A stretch of 64,000 nucleotides of DNA from Styela clava. Lineage: Eukaryota. The notes under the pieces are model-generated. The model was not told the origin of the DNA. It did not search any database and was given only the letters and a program-made list of their open reading frames with translations. This document shows positions 24,681-39,000 of this stretch, one piece after another; the stretch's first letter is position 1; the number at the start of each line of letters is the position of its first letter. The stretch spans positions 23,126,001 to 23,190,000 of the forward strand of contig NC_135255.1 of assembly GCF_964204865.1 (NCBI RefSeq), read 5' to 3'. The position numbers were made by a program, and so were the translations under genes.

Positions 24681-25637
24681 TACTTTCCGCACGGTGAAAT
24701 GTTTTAAAATTGTAGTATATATTTTACATATGTCCACCAAAAATACTGTGTTGATGGATTGGATGAGAAAGAATTATTTCTTGCATAAATTAAGCTTCAA
24801 CTAAATTGACGACTTTGTCGATAAATAAGGGCAAATTTATATCTATCTATTCATTTTAACGAAAAAAATGTAGGTTTCAATCATTCTCTGTATTATTATG
24901 TTTCTTCTTACTTTTGATTCCTAAAAAGGGGAATTGCCTCATTAATTCCACCCATTTTGTCGCAATTAACTATTGCGTATTTAAGAATGGTTGCGTTTAT
25001 GGTTCAATGCATAGTAATTCTATTCATACTTCGTGGACAAATTTATTTGAGCAAACTTGCATAAAATAATTTTAACGTGGAAATATCTCGAACATCATGA
25101 GGTGGAGTTCTTTATTTTCATGGTTCATGGTTCAATGCATGGGAATTCCATTCATAGGTCGTGGGGCTTTGGTTCACACGCAATGAGGAGCTGAGATATC
25201 GAGTTGTTGAATTGTGAACAAATCACTCGTTATTTATTCGTGTCGTATTTTGCCCACGACTCTCTCTCTCTTTTATCTTTTAGAGATTATATCGCATAAA
25301 ATGTGGCGCAACTTCAATCTCATTCATATTTCGCTTTGTCAGTGTCTGATGATAAAATAATTTTAGTTCAGTGTAGTTGTAGTGATAGGTGGGTTAGATT
25401 GGCAGTTTTTGATGTTATTGGAATTGAGGTTGCATTTCTAAATTAACCTAAGTCGGTTAGATTCGATATTTTAAGAAGATCATTTTGAACATTTTGCCAT
25501 ATCAAAATTTAATGATTTATAGTTGCTATATAGATTTTAAAAATTAGATTGTTTGGAGCTGAAACCAATATAATTAGTCACGGCTTCTGGTTTCGACCAA
25601 CGGCCGGCAACCAACTTGCTTAATGGTAAATAAGTTC

Positions 25638-26325
25638 ATGGACGCCATCTTGTGCCATATTTGGGAAACGCGAAACAATGGAGTCTTATGGGAAATTTTC
25701 GTCGTGTTGTTGTACCGAATCGAATAAGTCCGCTGTTATAAGGGCTAGAATGAAACTGAAGGGTGGATTTTGAACTTTAAGATATATGCTATCTAAATAT
25801 ATAACGCAGATTTTATAGTGATACGCCAATTTGAGGCTGTAAAATGTCTCCGCAACAATCAATCCTACAATGTCATTTGTTCTTCTAGCGCATGGCTGAG
25901 CAATAGGGCATTATGGAGCTTGACAGACGAAAAATGTTAACCAGAAAATAGAAACGGCCATTGAAGCAAAGTTGGGTCGGCCGGAAATTTGACGAATAAA
26001 CACAACTTTTCATCTGTGACATCATAAGGAAAGCCTTTGTCATATTGTTAATAATAACGATTAGAATGACTAATTTACTTCGGAAGCAACTCGGAACCGG
26101 TATACTTGTCTTCAAAGACAATTTAATGTACTAAAAATGTAATTTGGCCAACATGAAAGAATATAAGCATGTAAGGCTAAGATTCTACTTCAAAATACGA
26201 CCTTGAAAATTTTTCTACCTAAAATATTAGTGAAAATAATAGGTATGTTTCAATAATTGTGTTGGAACTTTTCATAAGGCGCCGTGTTGAATTGTCGAGA
26301 ACATTAGGCACAAGATGGCGTCCAT
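25638..26325. repeat. 688-bp segment bounded by a perfect 19-bp inverted repeat, probably a non-autonomous DNA element; also at 42033-42720 and 62005-62692
   Basis: atggacgccatcttgtgcc (25638-25656) and ggcacaagatggcgtccat (26307-26325) are exact reverse complements. Confidence 0.7.
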
Positions 26326-27988
26326 TGTCTGAGCGTTGCCCCGCTCATATTATATATACGCTTTGGTTCCGACCTGCTCCGACTCCAGACCTGGTTTAAA
26401 CCATCTATTTTTGGAACCTGATTTTTGAAAAGGCTCTAGACAAGCATAGGTAAAAATAGGTCAATCTAAACTGGTGGTTCTCAGCTTTTAAATTCATCAA
26501 TTTAAATTCATCCTTTTGCTTATTTTAAAACTTCCTATTACTCACTATTTAATGATAAAGCGGTACTCAAGAAGTATGTGAACCAAGATGGCGGACACCG
26601 GAACGTAGTATGTGTACCAGGTTAGGGTTAGGCCATAATTTCAGGTACAAATACTACGGGAGTCACTTGGCTAGTCTCCGAACTCGTCATTTAACTAAAA
26701 TAAGAATAATTAGAATAATATTATGGCATATCCCTAACCTGGTACACATATCCTGGTTCCGATGTCCGCCATGTAGGTTCACATACTTCGGGAGTGTCTA
26801 TGAAACTACCTATTTGTTCAATCTTTAATGGACCCAGCTACTGTTATGGGCAAGCCACACTGCCGCTGTTGTAAATTTCAAGTAGTCGTGAAAGTGTGCA
26901 TAAATTAATGTTGCCATACGCCAGATTTTCCCTGACATGTCCGGTATTTGAGTGGTCAATTTTGCGTCAGGGAGAAATGCTAAAAAGTGCCTAAATGTCA
27001 GATTTTGGAATACACAGAATTCCTGCTAGAAATTCTCGAGTTTCCAGATATTGCGCATCCACGAAAACCTATTTTTCAGAGATATGTCACATGCAAGCTT
27101 TTTTGTGCCACACGGATAGAGTCGCATTCAGATAATTGTGATGTCACATATGAACTGTATTACCAGCATTTTGTAATCGGTATTTTGGTTGCACAACCTT
27201 TAGCTTACTCCGTGCTAGGGTTTGGTCACTAGTGCTAAAGATTAGGCAACAATTTTGCTTCTTTCGTTTTTTCTGTATTTATTCTATTCTCACAAGAAAG
27301 CGACGACAGCTTGTGCCCTTGCATACATAGTGAATTTATACCATAATAGAAATCATTAATTTTGTGTTTTGTGAGATTTTGTGTTTCCACATATGGTAAC
27401 CCTAGCATGAATAATTAATTATATTATACTAAATAATAGTAATACTGCGCGTGTACAAGGCAAATCGCTTCCCTTCCCTTGGAAAGAATTCCTTCCCTGT
27501 TGGGAAACGTTTTTCTCGAGCAGTTAGAGGTGGACCACAATGCTAGGCGCGAAATTAATTTTAATTTTGATGGAAAACTCCTCGTTTTCCTAGTTTCATT
27601 TCTTTATACGGTGTTTTCACTTTGTTGAGCAGAAATTGTTCACACAAAATGAGATATGGTATCTACCAATCAAAATAACACTATAAATGCCACTGGAATA
27701 ATAAACAGAGGGCCATGAGTGCTAAAAGCCTCCAGACGGGGCCCACAAGCTATATAAGGTTGGGAACCACTTTTCTACGCAATGCATTAAAAAGGCTAGA
27801 CTCAGACTAGAAGCCAACAGTCATTCTTGATCCAAATCTAAAAGGCAGAACAAAGATGCAGCAGACTGTAATTAACCGGATTCCATTTGCGTGTTGTATG
27901 TGTTATCTACTGTGATTGTGTTGAGTAAGTTGTAACTTTAAAGTGTTTTATTCATCTCAGATTAATACGAGTATTATCGGAACTAACC

Positions 27989-30646
27989 ATGATCAAATAT
28001 ATAACCCTGTTTATGCTTATTGGAATAATTTCCACGGAGAACGCATCGTCTTTGGATAATTATGGGACAGTACTGACCGAGCAAATGAATCGATATTGCC
28101 AAACGTATATGTGTCAACATACCGACCATACATCGGTAAGACAACAGAGAGAGCCGCGGGTTGGAAAAGCTGGGCCAGAGGGCCCACCTGGACTACCCGG
28201 AATAGTCGGTCCCCGTGGACCTGCTGGAAGCGTCGGTCCACAAGGGGTCAAAGGTCAGCCCGGGGTTTCTGGACCATCGGGTGAAGTGAACTACACCAGG
28301 ATCGTGGAGATAGTTGGGGAGAAAATAGGTAAGATTTTATTTGGTTTAAAGCACGTTCTCTGTGGCAAATAATCAATACGGTCACCCATATTACTAAGCC
28401 GTTGTGTTGTATTTTACTTAGAATAGTAGTAGCGTGTATGAATTATGTATTTATTATATCATTGAATAAAAAAAAAACATTCAACTTTAACTGGATGAAC
28501 TGGAATGTCTTAACTGGACTTAATCAGGATTCCAGGTCTATGACACCAAAACTAAGAACTTTCGCTGGTCGCGGAAAATATCCTATTTTTTATATAACAT
28601 GACGGTTGAGCCTGGGCGTTAAAAAATTTCACAAAAACCTATCAAGCCATTTCATTTCACATACCATTGTTGAATTGAAGCAAGAAAATTACAAAACGTG
28701 AAAATTAATTTATTCTGTTAATTAATTAAATCCAGTGTTTTATTAAAAAAATTATTGAATTTCTTTGTAACATTTCAGGAAAGTATCTTCTTCCTAACAA
28801 AGATTGTAGCAACTTCGACACAAATGAAATGGCTTTGCTTCAGAACGAGACTGGCGGTGTGTTCGAAATCAATACGATCAAGCTGGAACATCGACTCAGG
28901 GTTTATTGCGACGTAGAAACAGATGGAGGGAAATGGATGGTAAGAAGTGGTATTTTCCAGAATGTTTCGCAATTTTATTTCCATATTCTTTTTTCTAAAT
29001 TGTTAAAACGAAGCTCGTGATCTATGTGGTAACTTCAGAGGGAAATTAGCATCCTGTTTGCAAGGGGTTTTATAACGCACGATTTTTTCATGCCGTCTAG
29101 CTTCGTATGTCTGAAGTCTCAGTTTGTATATTGGCAACATAATTTTCAATCAGAACGTTATATCATATGAATTTTTCACATTAATATGGCACCTCCGAAC
29201 AATGTACCAAATAAGCTAATGAATTTATTTGTAGAGAACCTTAAATATTGCAATTGCATTCCATGACTGATATTACATGGGTGGGTTATATTTTTTTATA
29301 TTTTCGGCCAACAGGTTTTCCAACGAAGGTCTAACGGAATGCTCGATTTCGCCTCGTATAACTGGAAAGATTATGTGGAGGGATTTGGAAACCCAAAATC
29401 TGAATATTGGATGGGTAAGAAAAATGATTGTTGGAAAGGATAGGCTTGTAAAAAGAAAACTTTCCGAGGAACTTCTAGTTCTTATCATTTATAACGTAAC
29501 CTGGTTAACATATCACCAAAAAACTGTTAAATCTGGCAACTAGATTCTATGATATATTCAAAATCTTACTAAATTAAAACGATTAGAATTGAATGTAACT
29601 TTACTCCATGTGTGATAGCATGAATTTAAACTATGCTGAAGTGCAAATATTCTTCCAAATATAGTCGCTTGCGAGTCTTGTCCAGAGTGAATTCGTGAAA
29701 CACATAATAAAATACAAATAATTTACAATATTCTCAAATTTGTTAGGATTGGAGAAACTTCATCGATTAACATCAGACGGTGAATTTGAACTCAGAATTG
29801 ATTTGGAAGATTGGGAGGGAAATAAACGCTACGCCAAGTATTCGTAAGTATTTCATCAATTATATTTTACCCGTTTTTTACAGCTGTGGGTATTGCGGAC
29901 GGAGACTCCGGTTTCTGAATCGGAAACGACAATTTTTGATTGAAAAAGCTGAATCATTCGGAATACTTTTCATATTTAATTGGAAGAATTTGACTCCGAC
30001 AAATTTGTTTATTATTTCAAATCCGACTTCTCATCTTCATTAATGAAAAGTTTTCTGGTCGATTAATAGCTTTGTTTATGAGATTGACCAAGTTGACTGA
30101 ATAAGACAAAACTAGGAAATTATCGATAGTCTCAAAACAGCCGCCTTCCTATTAGTAACACTTTGTTTAGATTCTTACAAATCCGGTCGAGCATTTCTCG
30201 CGGCCTGTATCATCATATAGGTGATGCAAAACTGATTTTTCGGGTTTCAGGACTGAATATGAAATTCTATATTAAAACGCATTATATCTATGTTGTTGAA
30301 ATAATATTTTTATTTCAGGTCGTTTTCCATCGGATCCGCTTCTACAAAATATCAACTCAATGTTGGAGGATATTCAGGAAATGCTAGGGATTCACTTACA
30401 GAGGGACATAACGGAATGAAGTTTTCGACAAAGGATCAGGACAATGATATGGATGGTGGCAACTGTGCAAGTCATTTTAACAGTGGTGGATGGTGGTTTA
30501 ATAAATGCTTTGACTCAAGCCTCAACGGTAAATATATCAGTGGAGGTCAGACTAGTAGAGATGGTGAAGGAGTCATCTGGGTACATTGGAAGGGAAGCAG
30601 ATACTCACTGAAGTTCACGGAAATGAAATTCCGTCCGAGAGTGTAA
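27989..30646 (+). CDS. Ficolin-like secreted lectin, copy 2 (appears identical to copy 1)
   Basis: Exons 27989-28328, 28779-28939, 29315-29414, 29747-29843, 30319-30646. Same sequence as copy 1 at +16,395. Confidence 0.9.
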
Positions 30647-33600
30647 AGATGTTAAAACATCAATCAATCAAAACCAAGACTCTGGAGTTAGAGTCGCATT
30701 TTCAAAATTTTTCTAAATCGATGTTGCAATTTTGAACGAAAATTTAATTAAATACAAGATAAAACTAATCCTATAAAATTTTTGTTTTCCTGAAAACTAA
30801 ATCAAAAGTGTTTTTTCTAATTTTAAGAATTAAAATTTTGAATTCTTTCAGGTTCTTATTTGAAATTATAGGACCAAATTTTTTCACCTAATCAACCTAG
30901 ATCGAGTTTTCATTTGTAATACATTAATATAACAAATACCTGAACCAGCCATTTGGTCAATATTCTAAATATCCGTTTAATCTCGTATGAACACATGTAG
31001 AATTATTTTCTGTTTCGGACCTTTAAATAGTAGAATGTAAATAAACAAATTGTTTCATGCAAATGTCTTAAAACTTTCATTAAATCTAGTAAATTCGTTG
31101 TTTTGAATTCATTCAAGTTTCTTCAAATGTACATAGTAATTTTTAATCATTTAATTCTTGATATCATGCTCAGATGTCAATAAATCATGTATTAGACAAC
31201 AGGCTTGATATCGTATTTGGGTTGGAGAACGGAAAGACAGCTGATTGCGAGCGCGATTGATGTTTGTAAATTTTACAAATGTACTTTTGTGGGAATGGTC
31301 GTTTGCGAGAATGTTACTTTGTTGAAAGTCATTTTGCGAGAATAAAGTCTGTAGGAAACGACTATTTTCAAATAATGCAGTTTTGCGAGAACGAGATTTT
31401 ACAAGGGTGAGGTGTTTTGACAGAAATAAATTTATGAGATTAAGCGTTACCGCAAATGTAGTTCCAAATTTAAATGGGCTGGATAGGATAGGATTTACAT
31501 ATTTATCCCGGGGGAGAGGAAATCCGATACGACGGCTCGACCACATGGCAAACCACGCCTCTCGCCCGGTTATCATTCCATGTCAGGTATGGGATGAGTT
31601 AGTTATTTGTTTGCGGAAGCATTGACTTGATGGTGGAGAAAGCCGTAACCGACCAGCGGTTACGTAAACCACCCTACGCCGGCGAGGAGTCTATCAATCC
31701 TCTCGCACATAACTATCCACGCGTGGGATTTGTGCCTGTGAACCACCGTGCCTTGTCACACCGCCGCGGCTAACTGTGACGTCAATCTTCAAATTTTATT
31801 GCTAACATACTTCAATTTTGATTACCTTACACTGGTTGTGGTGCGGAGCAATTATGTGCGATAGAATTGCTTGACTTCTACCCTTTCAGAGTGGGTTAAG
31901 TAACCCGTTGGTCTGTTACGACTTTCACCACCAAGCACATATACAGCGAATGACTGGTTGACTACTTTCATACTTTGCCAGATAACCAGACGATGAGACG
32001 AGTGTCTGTGGTTCGCGATATAATTAAAATCGTCTTATCACTTTTCTTCTATCATGGAATAATTGATTAGAAATTATCTCATTCTAACGTTCAAATAAAA
32101 ATTGCTTCTCCAGAATACTCCTATGTTGATGAGTATGGACATCTTACTTTCTCACATCTGCATTCGCGCAGAGACACATTTTTGCTGAAATCAATCCTTG
32201 CAACATATTCTCTTGCTATTCTGTTTATGAGTAACACTGCTATAATATTGAGCGCTATTAACCAGTGGTTATATAACTTCTCGTGTTGGTTAGAAATCCC
32301 TAAAAACTTCGAGCGAAGTCGAGTCTTTGATAAATTGGACTCTGATCATGTTCTGGACCCCCAAACATTGGCCATCCTGATAAATATACATTCTTGTAAA
32401 CGCCCTATCAGGCAAATTTCTTCCAATTAAGACCGATTTTACGCGTTGGCTACCATCAACCAGTGACAGCATAAATCGTGAGAATGTGAGAAGCCATCAT
32501 TGCCATCACATCTCTGATTACTCCTTTAAGTACCGACCGCCGTCGCGTGCGGACGTGGCTATCTCGAGCCGAAGATATACATTCGAGAAGTGAATCTCAG
32601 ACTTAGTGACATCAATAAACAAATAACAGAAATAGCAGATTTTTGAATGATGGAATGGAAATGTGCAACATGGAAGATTTTTAAAGATATTGTGAAGATA
32701 AGTTCGGACGAAATTATGCTCTGCTCAAATATGTGACCGGATATACAAAAGTTAAACTGAACGAACTGATATTTGAAAATTCACAATCGATTTTTACATT
32801 GGCGTGTTAACGTTTTAGTAGATTTTACTAGATATATGTTCGAGCATGGAACGGAAACATGCATTCGCACCTCATTCTGGGATTTTTCGGATTGTTTGTT
32901 TACATGCCGCATCACACGCACAGCGGATATTAAATTCACTGTTTTGTTTTTGAAAAAATTGCACGCAACTTGACCAAGTTAAACGCCTGAGTAATGACCG
33001 CCGTCAATATTCATGTTCATTTGTTTGTGTTTGTGACTTGTTTTCTTTCTTTTTCGGTATGTGAACGCGTTTAATATGTTTTTAACTTATTTTTTGGGGT
33101 TTTGTTCACTTTCCAGGTGCTTCGCCTTAATCTTTTGTGTATATATGTTTATTTTGTTTTTGCGAATGAATCGAAATAAAATATTATCTTACTCTATGCC
33201 AGTTCGCAAGTTTGAATCCTGTGGAAGATAATTACCGGTAAGTGCGAGAGAGAGTAGCTGGACTCCACAAACATGCCAGGGTGGTTCACGAAACCACTTA
33301 CCGAAATGGTCGGATCCTATTCTCGTACCCGACATGAACTGGTACTTGGTATATTTAATCCGGCTAGGAATGGAGATGATATAGTCCAAGCACATATTTA
33401 GAAACCCCCAATCGAGAGAAAAACATTAGTCTTTCAACATCTCTGTCAACAGGAGTTTTAGTATAAAAGTATATTTAAAATTCATATTTCCTTCACACTT
33501 GATATAAAAAGATAGAATAACTAATAAAGCCAGGATTTGCATTTCCACAAGCAACGTTTAGCACATTCAAACAGCAAAATTTGGTTTTAGTTTGGTTGTG

Positions 33601-33681
33601 ACGGCATCAGGTCGGCCAGAATAAATTACCCAACTAGTAGGATTTGGCCCGCGGCCCGTAGTTTGCCCATGTAATCAGTAA

Positions 33682-36004
33682 TTTTTTTTTTCACCATTCC
33701 AAAGCACACAATGTGAATACACAATACAAGAAATAGGAAATATGGTACTTTAGGGTGAAGGGAGGCGCGAGACACCAAGACTGGTGATCGAGCAGCGACA
33801 CCCATGACAAGTCTAACAGTAATAGATAAATAACAGTAATATATAAATCAAACAAACAATAAATATTAGAACAGGTTTACGTTAAAGTAAGTCGAGGCGA
33901 CCTACATAAATAAATACAAAATAAATAAATGTGGAAGTAAATAGTATTGCTAGTTAGACAAAATATGTACATAAAGAAACTAGTATATTAGAAAATTTTA
34001 GTCCATCATTGAAAACATGAATGCAGTAAACACTGTACGGTATCGGTACCCAAGCAAACAGCATATGGAAAAGACATCGAAATAACAAGTTCAATATTTT
34101 CAGAGTCTCCATCTATTTCAGTTACTGTGGACTGTGGGTGAAGTCAAGTGTTGAGCTGACAATGACAAGGGGTGGAGGGTGTCAGCACATCAAACAGATG
34201 TGGTGACCCGAGACAGGTAAGATGAAAGCATGACCTTCTTATATTTTATTTTAAAAGAGAGATATGTGCTTTCACGTAAACTTTGTGGAATACTATTCCA
34301 TATTATGACACCTTTGTATTTCAGGGAATTTTGAGATTTGCTCAGTGAAAAGCGAGGTACAAAAAAATTGGACTTGGTTGAAGAGCGAGTGTTGTGTTCA
34401 TGCACAGAGGTAAGCGAAACAAAATAATTGTCGAAAGCTGTGGGCAAGTGGTTGTTTTGAAATTGGTGCATAACTTTGGAGATCTCTAGAGTGTGAATGT
34501 CAGATAGTTTTAACACCCTTGTTTTATGGTATAGGGTGTTTAGGTTTGTACGAATAGATGCTCTAGAGAATGTTCTAACAGCTTTATTCTGTGAGATCTC
34601 CAATTTAAGAATGTTACTGAGCCCCAAGCGGTTATGGCATATTGTATGTGGGATTGAAAGAGAGCAAAGTAGACAGTTCGCAGGGTGGCATCCTGGACAT
34701 AATGTCTGAGTTTTCCCAATATCCCAACCGATCTCGACCATTTTTTATGTAATTCGATAGTATGGGTGTTCCATTTTAAATTATTATCTATATGGAGCCC
34801 GAGATATTTATAGGATTGGACGACTTCCAAGTCAACCCCCCTGATTTTGATTAGAATGTCGGCATGTGTTGTTAGCGATTTTCGGCTGAAAACCATGACT
34901 TTCGATTTTTCGACATTTACAGTAAGTTTGTTGCATAACATCCACTCATATATTTTATTTATTTCTGAGTTTACAGTGTGTTGGAGTGTGGTCAAGTCTT
35001 TTCCACTAGCAAGCAGGCAGGCATCATCGGCGAAGAGCTTGGTTAGAAAATTAGAGCAGTTCGACAGGTCATTTACAGAGAGTAAAAAAGCCAAAGGCCC
35101 GATAATTGAACCCTGGACAATTCCGCACTGAATGGGCAACATTGGGGACTTATGAGAACCTAATTCAACAAATTGAAACGACCACTCAGGTAATTAGCTA
35201 GTAGTTTGCTTACATTACCTCTGAAACCATAGTGTTGCAACTTTTGAATAAGAATTTTGTGGTCCACCGTGTCAAAGGCTTTCTTTAGATCAAGGAAAGC
35301 ACAACTCACATTTATCTATTTTGTCATAAATATATGATGTTAAGTCTAGGATGGCATGGCTAGTAGAGTGGTCGGGTTGGAATCCGAATTGGCATTTATT
35401 GATCAAGTTGAATTTGGTACAAAAAATTAGCATTCTCTTGTATATTAACTTTTCCAGAATAAGACCAATTGAAGATAGAATAGAAATTGGCCGATAATTA
35501 GAGGGATTATTTTTGTTGCCGCTTTTGAAGATTGGTATTACACCCGGCAATCTTTAATGAGGAGGGGAAAATACCATAATTGAATGATAAATTAAAAAAG
35601 TGACTCAATTCTGGAGAAATAATATCTGCGAATATTTTCAAAAAAAACGGGGAAATACCATCATGTCCAACTGCTTTGCCCTTTTTCAGGTTCAATATTA
35701 TTTGGCGAACCTCGGTAGATGTCGCTTGCCCCAGAAAGAAAGAATGCTGTGAGGGAGCACTCAAGAAAGCTTTGAAAGATTTCTTGATTACCATATTATT
35801 CTTGAAAACAACAGAGGGGATGTGAAGCACACTTGGAAAACTATCAATGACATTATTAGAGTTAGGTCCAAAGATGAATCCATCGTCTCTGAATTGGAGC
35901 TTGAAAATGGTGCCACAGTATCCGACCCCGCCAGAATATCCGCCGAGTTCAATAAATTCTTTTCATCTGTAGGAAAGAAACTTGCTGACAATATTCCACA
36001 TAGC
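33682..36004 (-). mobile_element. Second copy of the same truncated LINE (unit 2)
   Basis: Identical ORF fragments at +16,395. Confidence 0.9.
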
Positions 36005-39000
36005 ATGTGTTAGAGTAGGGACGGGCAAACACGACCCGGGGGCCGGATCCGTCCCCCGCCATATGTTTAACTCGTCTTATTGACTTGTCTCTCCTCTGAG
36101 TAAATCTGACAATCTTCACCCCCTTTCCCGGCTTCACAGCACTCAACCAGTAAACATTGCAGAAATATCAACTTGCCACTTGCGTGGACGATTTTTAATC
36201 TTAACCCATCGGTTCCCAAACCTTTTCTGTCACATTCCTCTCTTGGCCTATTTTTAAGCTCCTAATTCCTTTAACAATACAGATACAAACTCTATTAAAA
36301 TTTGTTACACAATATTCGACGCAACGTTTGTACATTTTGAATAGTTCATAATGTATGCATATATTATTTTCTTTAGAGGCTCTTAGGATATTGATTTAAC
36401 AACGATTATTTTATTCGACGTTTTGTTCAGTTTCAGGAGCCAGTGCTCTGTAATGAGCTTATATAATTTGGAATTTTCTACGGGCTGTTTGAGATTGTTT
36501 TTTTGCGTGCGATGACGTCATCCAAATTAAAAATTGCCCATCTTGTTGCGGTTCCGTGTTCGCTGTTATCAGTTGCTCAGGCAAAGTTGTGAAGATTGAA
36601 AGATTTTTTATGATGACATATTCGTTCTATTTCGTTTTGGTCGTGTCTGTATATTTTACCATTGCTCACTTGTTTCTATCATTATTGGTTTCTGGTGTAG
36701 GGATTTGTTCGGCGTCAAACGCGGGCACTCCCGTAGTATGTGTACCAGTTTAGTGTTAGGCCATAATTTTATTCCGATTTTTCCTATTTTAGTTCTATTA
36801 CGAGTTCGAGGACTGTCTGTGTTAGTCAAGTGAATATACCCCTGTCCATAGGTTTCATTTTCTTTACACAACTTGTTGTAAAATGAACGAACAAAGTAAG
36901 TTACTTCCATATTGGTACACATACTTCTGGAGCACCCAAACGCGTGTAAAAACGTGCTATAAAGCAAACACCAGTTGTTCTATTTACTTACATATAACAG
37001 TCAACTTTCTGAAAATTGCAACTCGCACTATGAGATCAAAAGCAAATGATCAAGTTTTGGCAACAACTTGGCACGCGTTTATGAAATTAGGACTTTCCCA
37101 ATGTAGCAAAAATTGTTCCAGACAGAATTAGTCAATAGCTGTGTAAATTTAAGGTCAATACTAGAAAAAATATTTAATATCAGATAATTAAAGCGAACAA
37201 CGTAGCAGACGACTGTTACATTTTGTTTCATAAATCGATTATTACATAACAATTTGGAGTTTTAGATGATAATGAAAACACAATTAAAATATTTTTTTGC
37301 TGTCATCGAAACTAGTTTAATGCTCGCAGACGTATAACAAAGTGTTTTCTGGTTTTCATTTGTCAGCTCGAGTTGATTGAACAGTTTAATCTTTTATAGG
37401 GTTAGTATGGGCTTGCAGATAAACCATCAAAGTTATGTTTTGTAGTTTGAGTTATTAGAACATATTGAAAGTTCATGGGCTTAGCAAAAAATAGGTAAAT
37501 TTTTTAACTTAGAGCTTTGTATACGTTGCTTTCATTAAACATTTTTCTCGGACACCGAAAAGTGCAAGCAGACGCTAATTTGAATATAGAAAATGTGGAA
37601 TGTTCTTGAGCTCCTCTTTCCACAACTTTTACATGGAACAACATCTGTTACCGATGTGCGATATCTTGCGATACTTGTAAGTGAAGGAGCAAAAGTTATG
37701 TATTTTGGTTGTTATTTGTCAACGCCAGTTGATAGAACAGTTTGAACGTTTATATCGGTATTGCAAGAGATGTAATATGTAATAATTTCAGCTTTGAGAT
37801 TTTGGTACAAAAATTGTTTTATGTAATTGGCTATCTTGCAGACGCGCCTCCGAAGTAACGTATTTTGTATATAATTTGTCTATTTCAGTTAACACGTTTA
37901 GTAAATTAATCAAAAAATATGAAACATATAACAGTTTTAGCTTGGAGCTTCTTATACATCCATTTTTCACACATTTCCCTTCGAACAAGTAGCGTATTCT
38001 GGGTATTGTTTGTTTGCAATAAAAAATGACAATTGTAATATATGACAATTTTAGCTTTTGGTGGGACGTTTTTTAATGTCTTCCACCCAGAAGAAAGTGA
38101 TTCCCTCGATTTGCGAAGAGCTACTCTACTCACAAAATTTGTTCTGGTTTTTATTTGTACTGTACAAGAACTCTACTGGTTATGTAATAAGCTACCTTAT
38201 AGAAGCGCTATTATCGAAATGCTTAATAGTTTTTTTTTCTATTCGTCTTCTAGTTAACAGTGGAAGCGTAAGATATGCAATATACAATAATATTTATAGC
38301 TGTTAGTTTTTATCTTTTTTTCTATATGACAATTTTCCAGGATTTTCACTCAAAACAAGGCCCTATACGGGCTTTCACTAATATGCAAACGAATACCATG
38401 TAGACGCGCCATAAATGAAATACCTTTTCGGTATATTTAATAATTTCAACTTAGAATTCCAACTTAAAAACTTTCACTAGTTCTCGTTGCTAGAATTTTG
38501 TGATAACTTTGTGTGATTTTCTATGTATGGAACTTTATTCAAATGGTTTAGACTCTAAACTTTAGAGTGAGCATATGAAGTGGGATTCATGGTGAGTTAG
38601 GATTCACATATTTCTCCCGGGGAGAGGAAAGCCGATAAGACGGCTTAACCATATGGAGAACCACGGCCTCTCGTCCTGTTACCAGTCCATGTTGGGTATG
38701 GGATTAGTTTTAGGTATTTGTTTTTCGGAAGCATGGCGTTGCGGCTCAATGTTGTTGTCGCTAGAATGCTATTGATTTTATTAATTTCAGAAACTTTCTG
38801 AGGGTTCTATGTTTCCACATTTTCTGTTATCTGGTGTTCAGGCAAAGTCATGAAGATTGAAAGTTTGTCCATACATCTACTGTGACAGATTACATATCCG
38901 TTCTATTTCTTTTTGGATTTTGTTGCTCACCTGTTTTCATAGTTTATATCATTATTGGTCTCTGGTGTAGAGCTTTGTTCGGCGTCGAACGCGGGTACTC

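Larger units (their letters stand above)
10048..26442. repeat. Tandem segmental duplication unit 1 (16,395 bp)
   Basis: Homology starts at agcatagg (10048 vs 26443). Every ORF in the track recurs with identical translation at +16,395. Confidence 0.95.
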
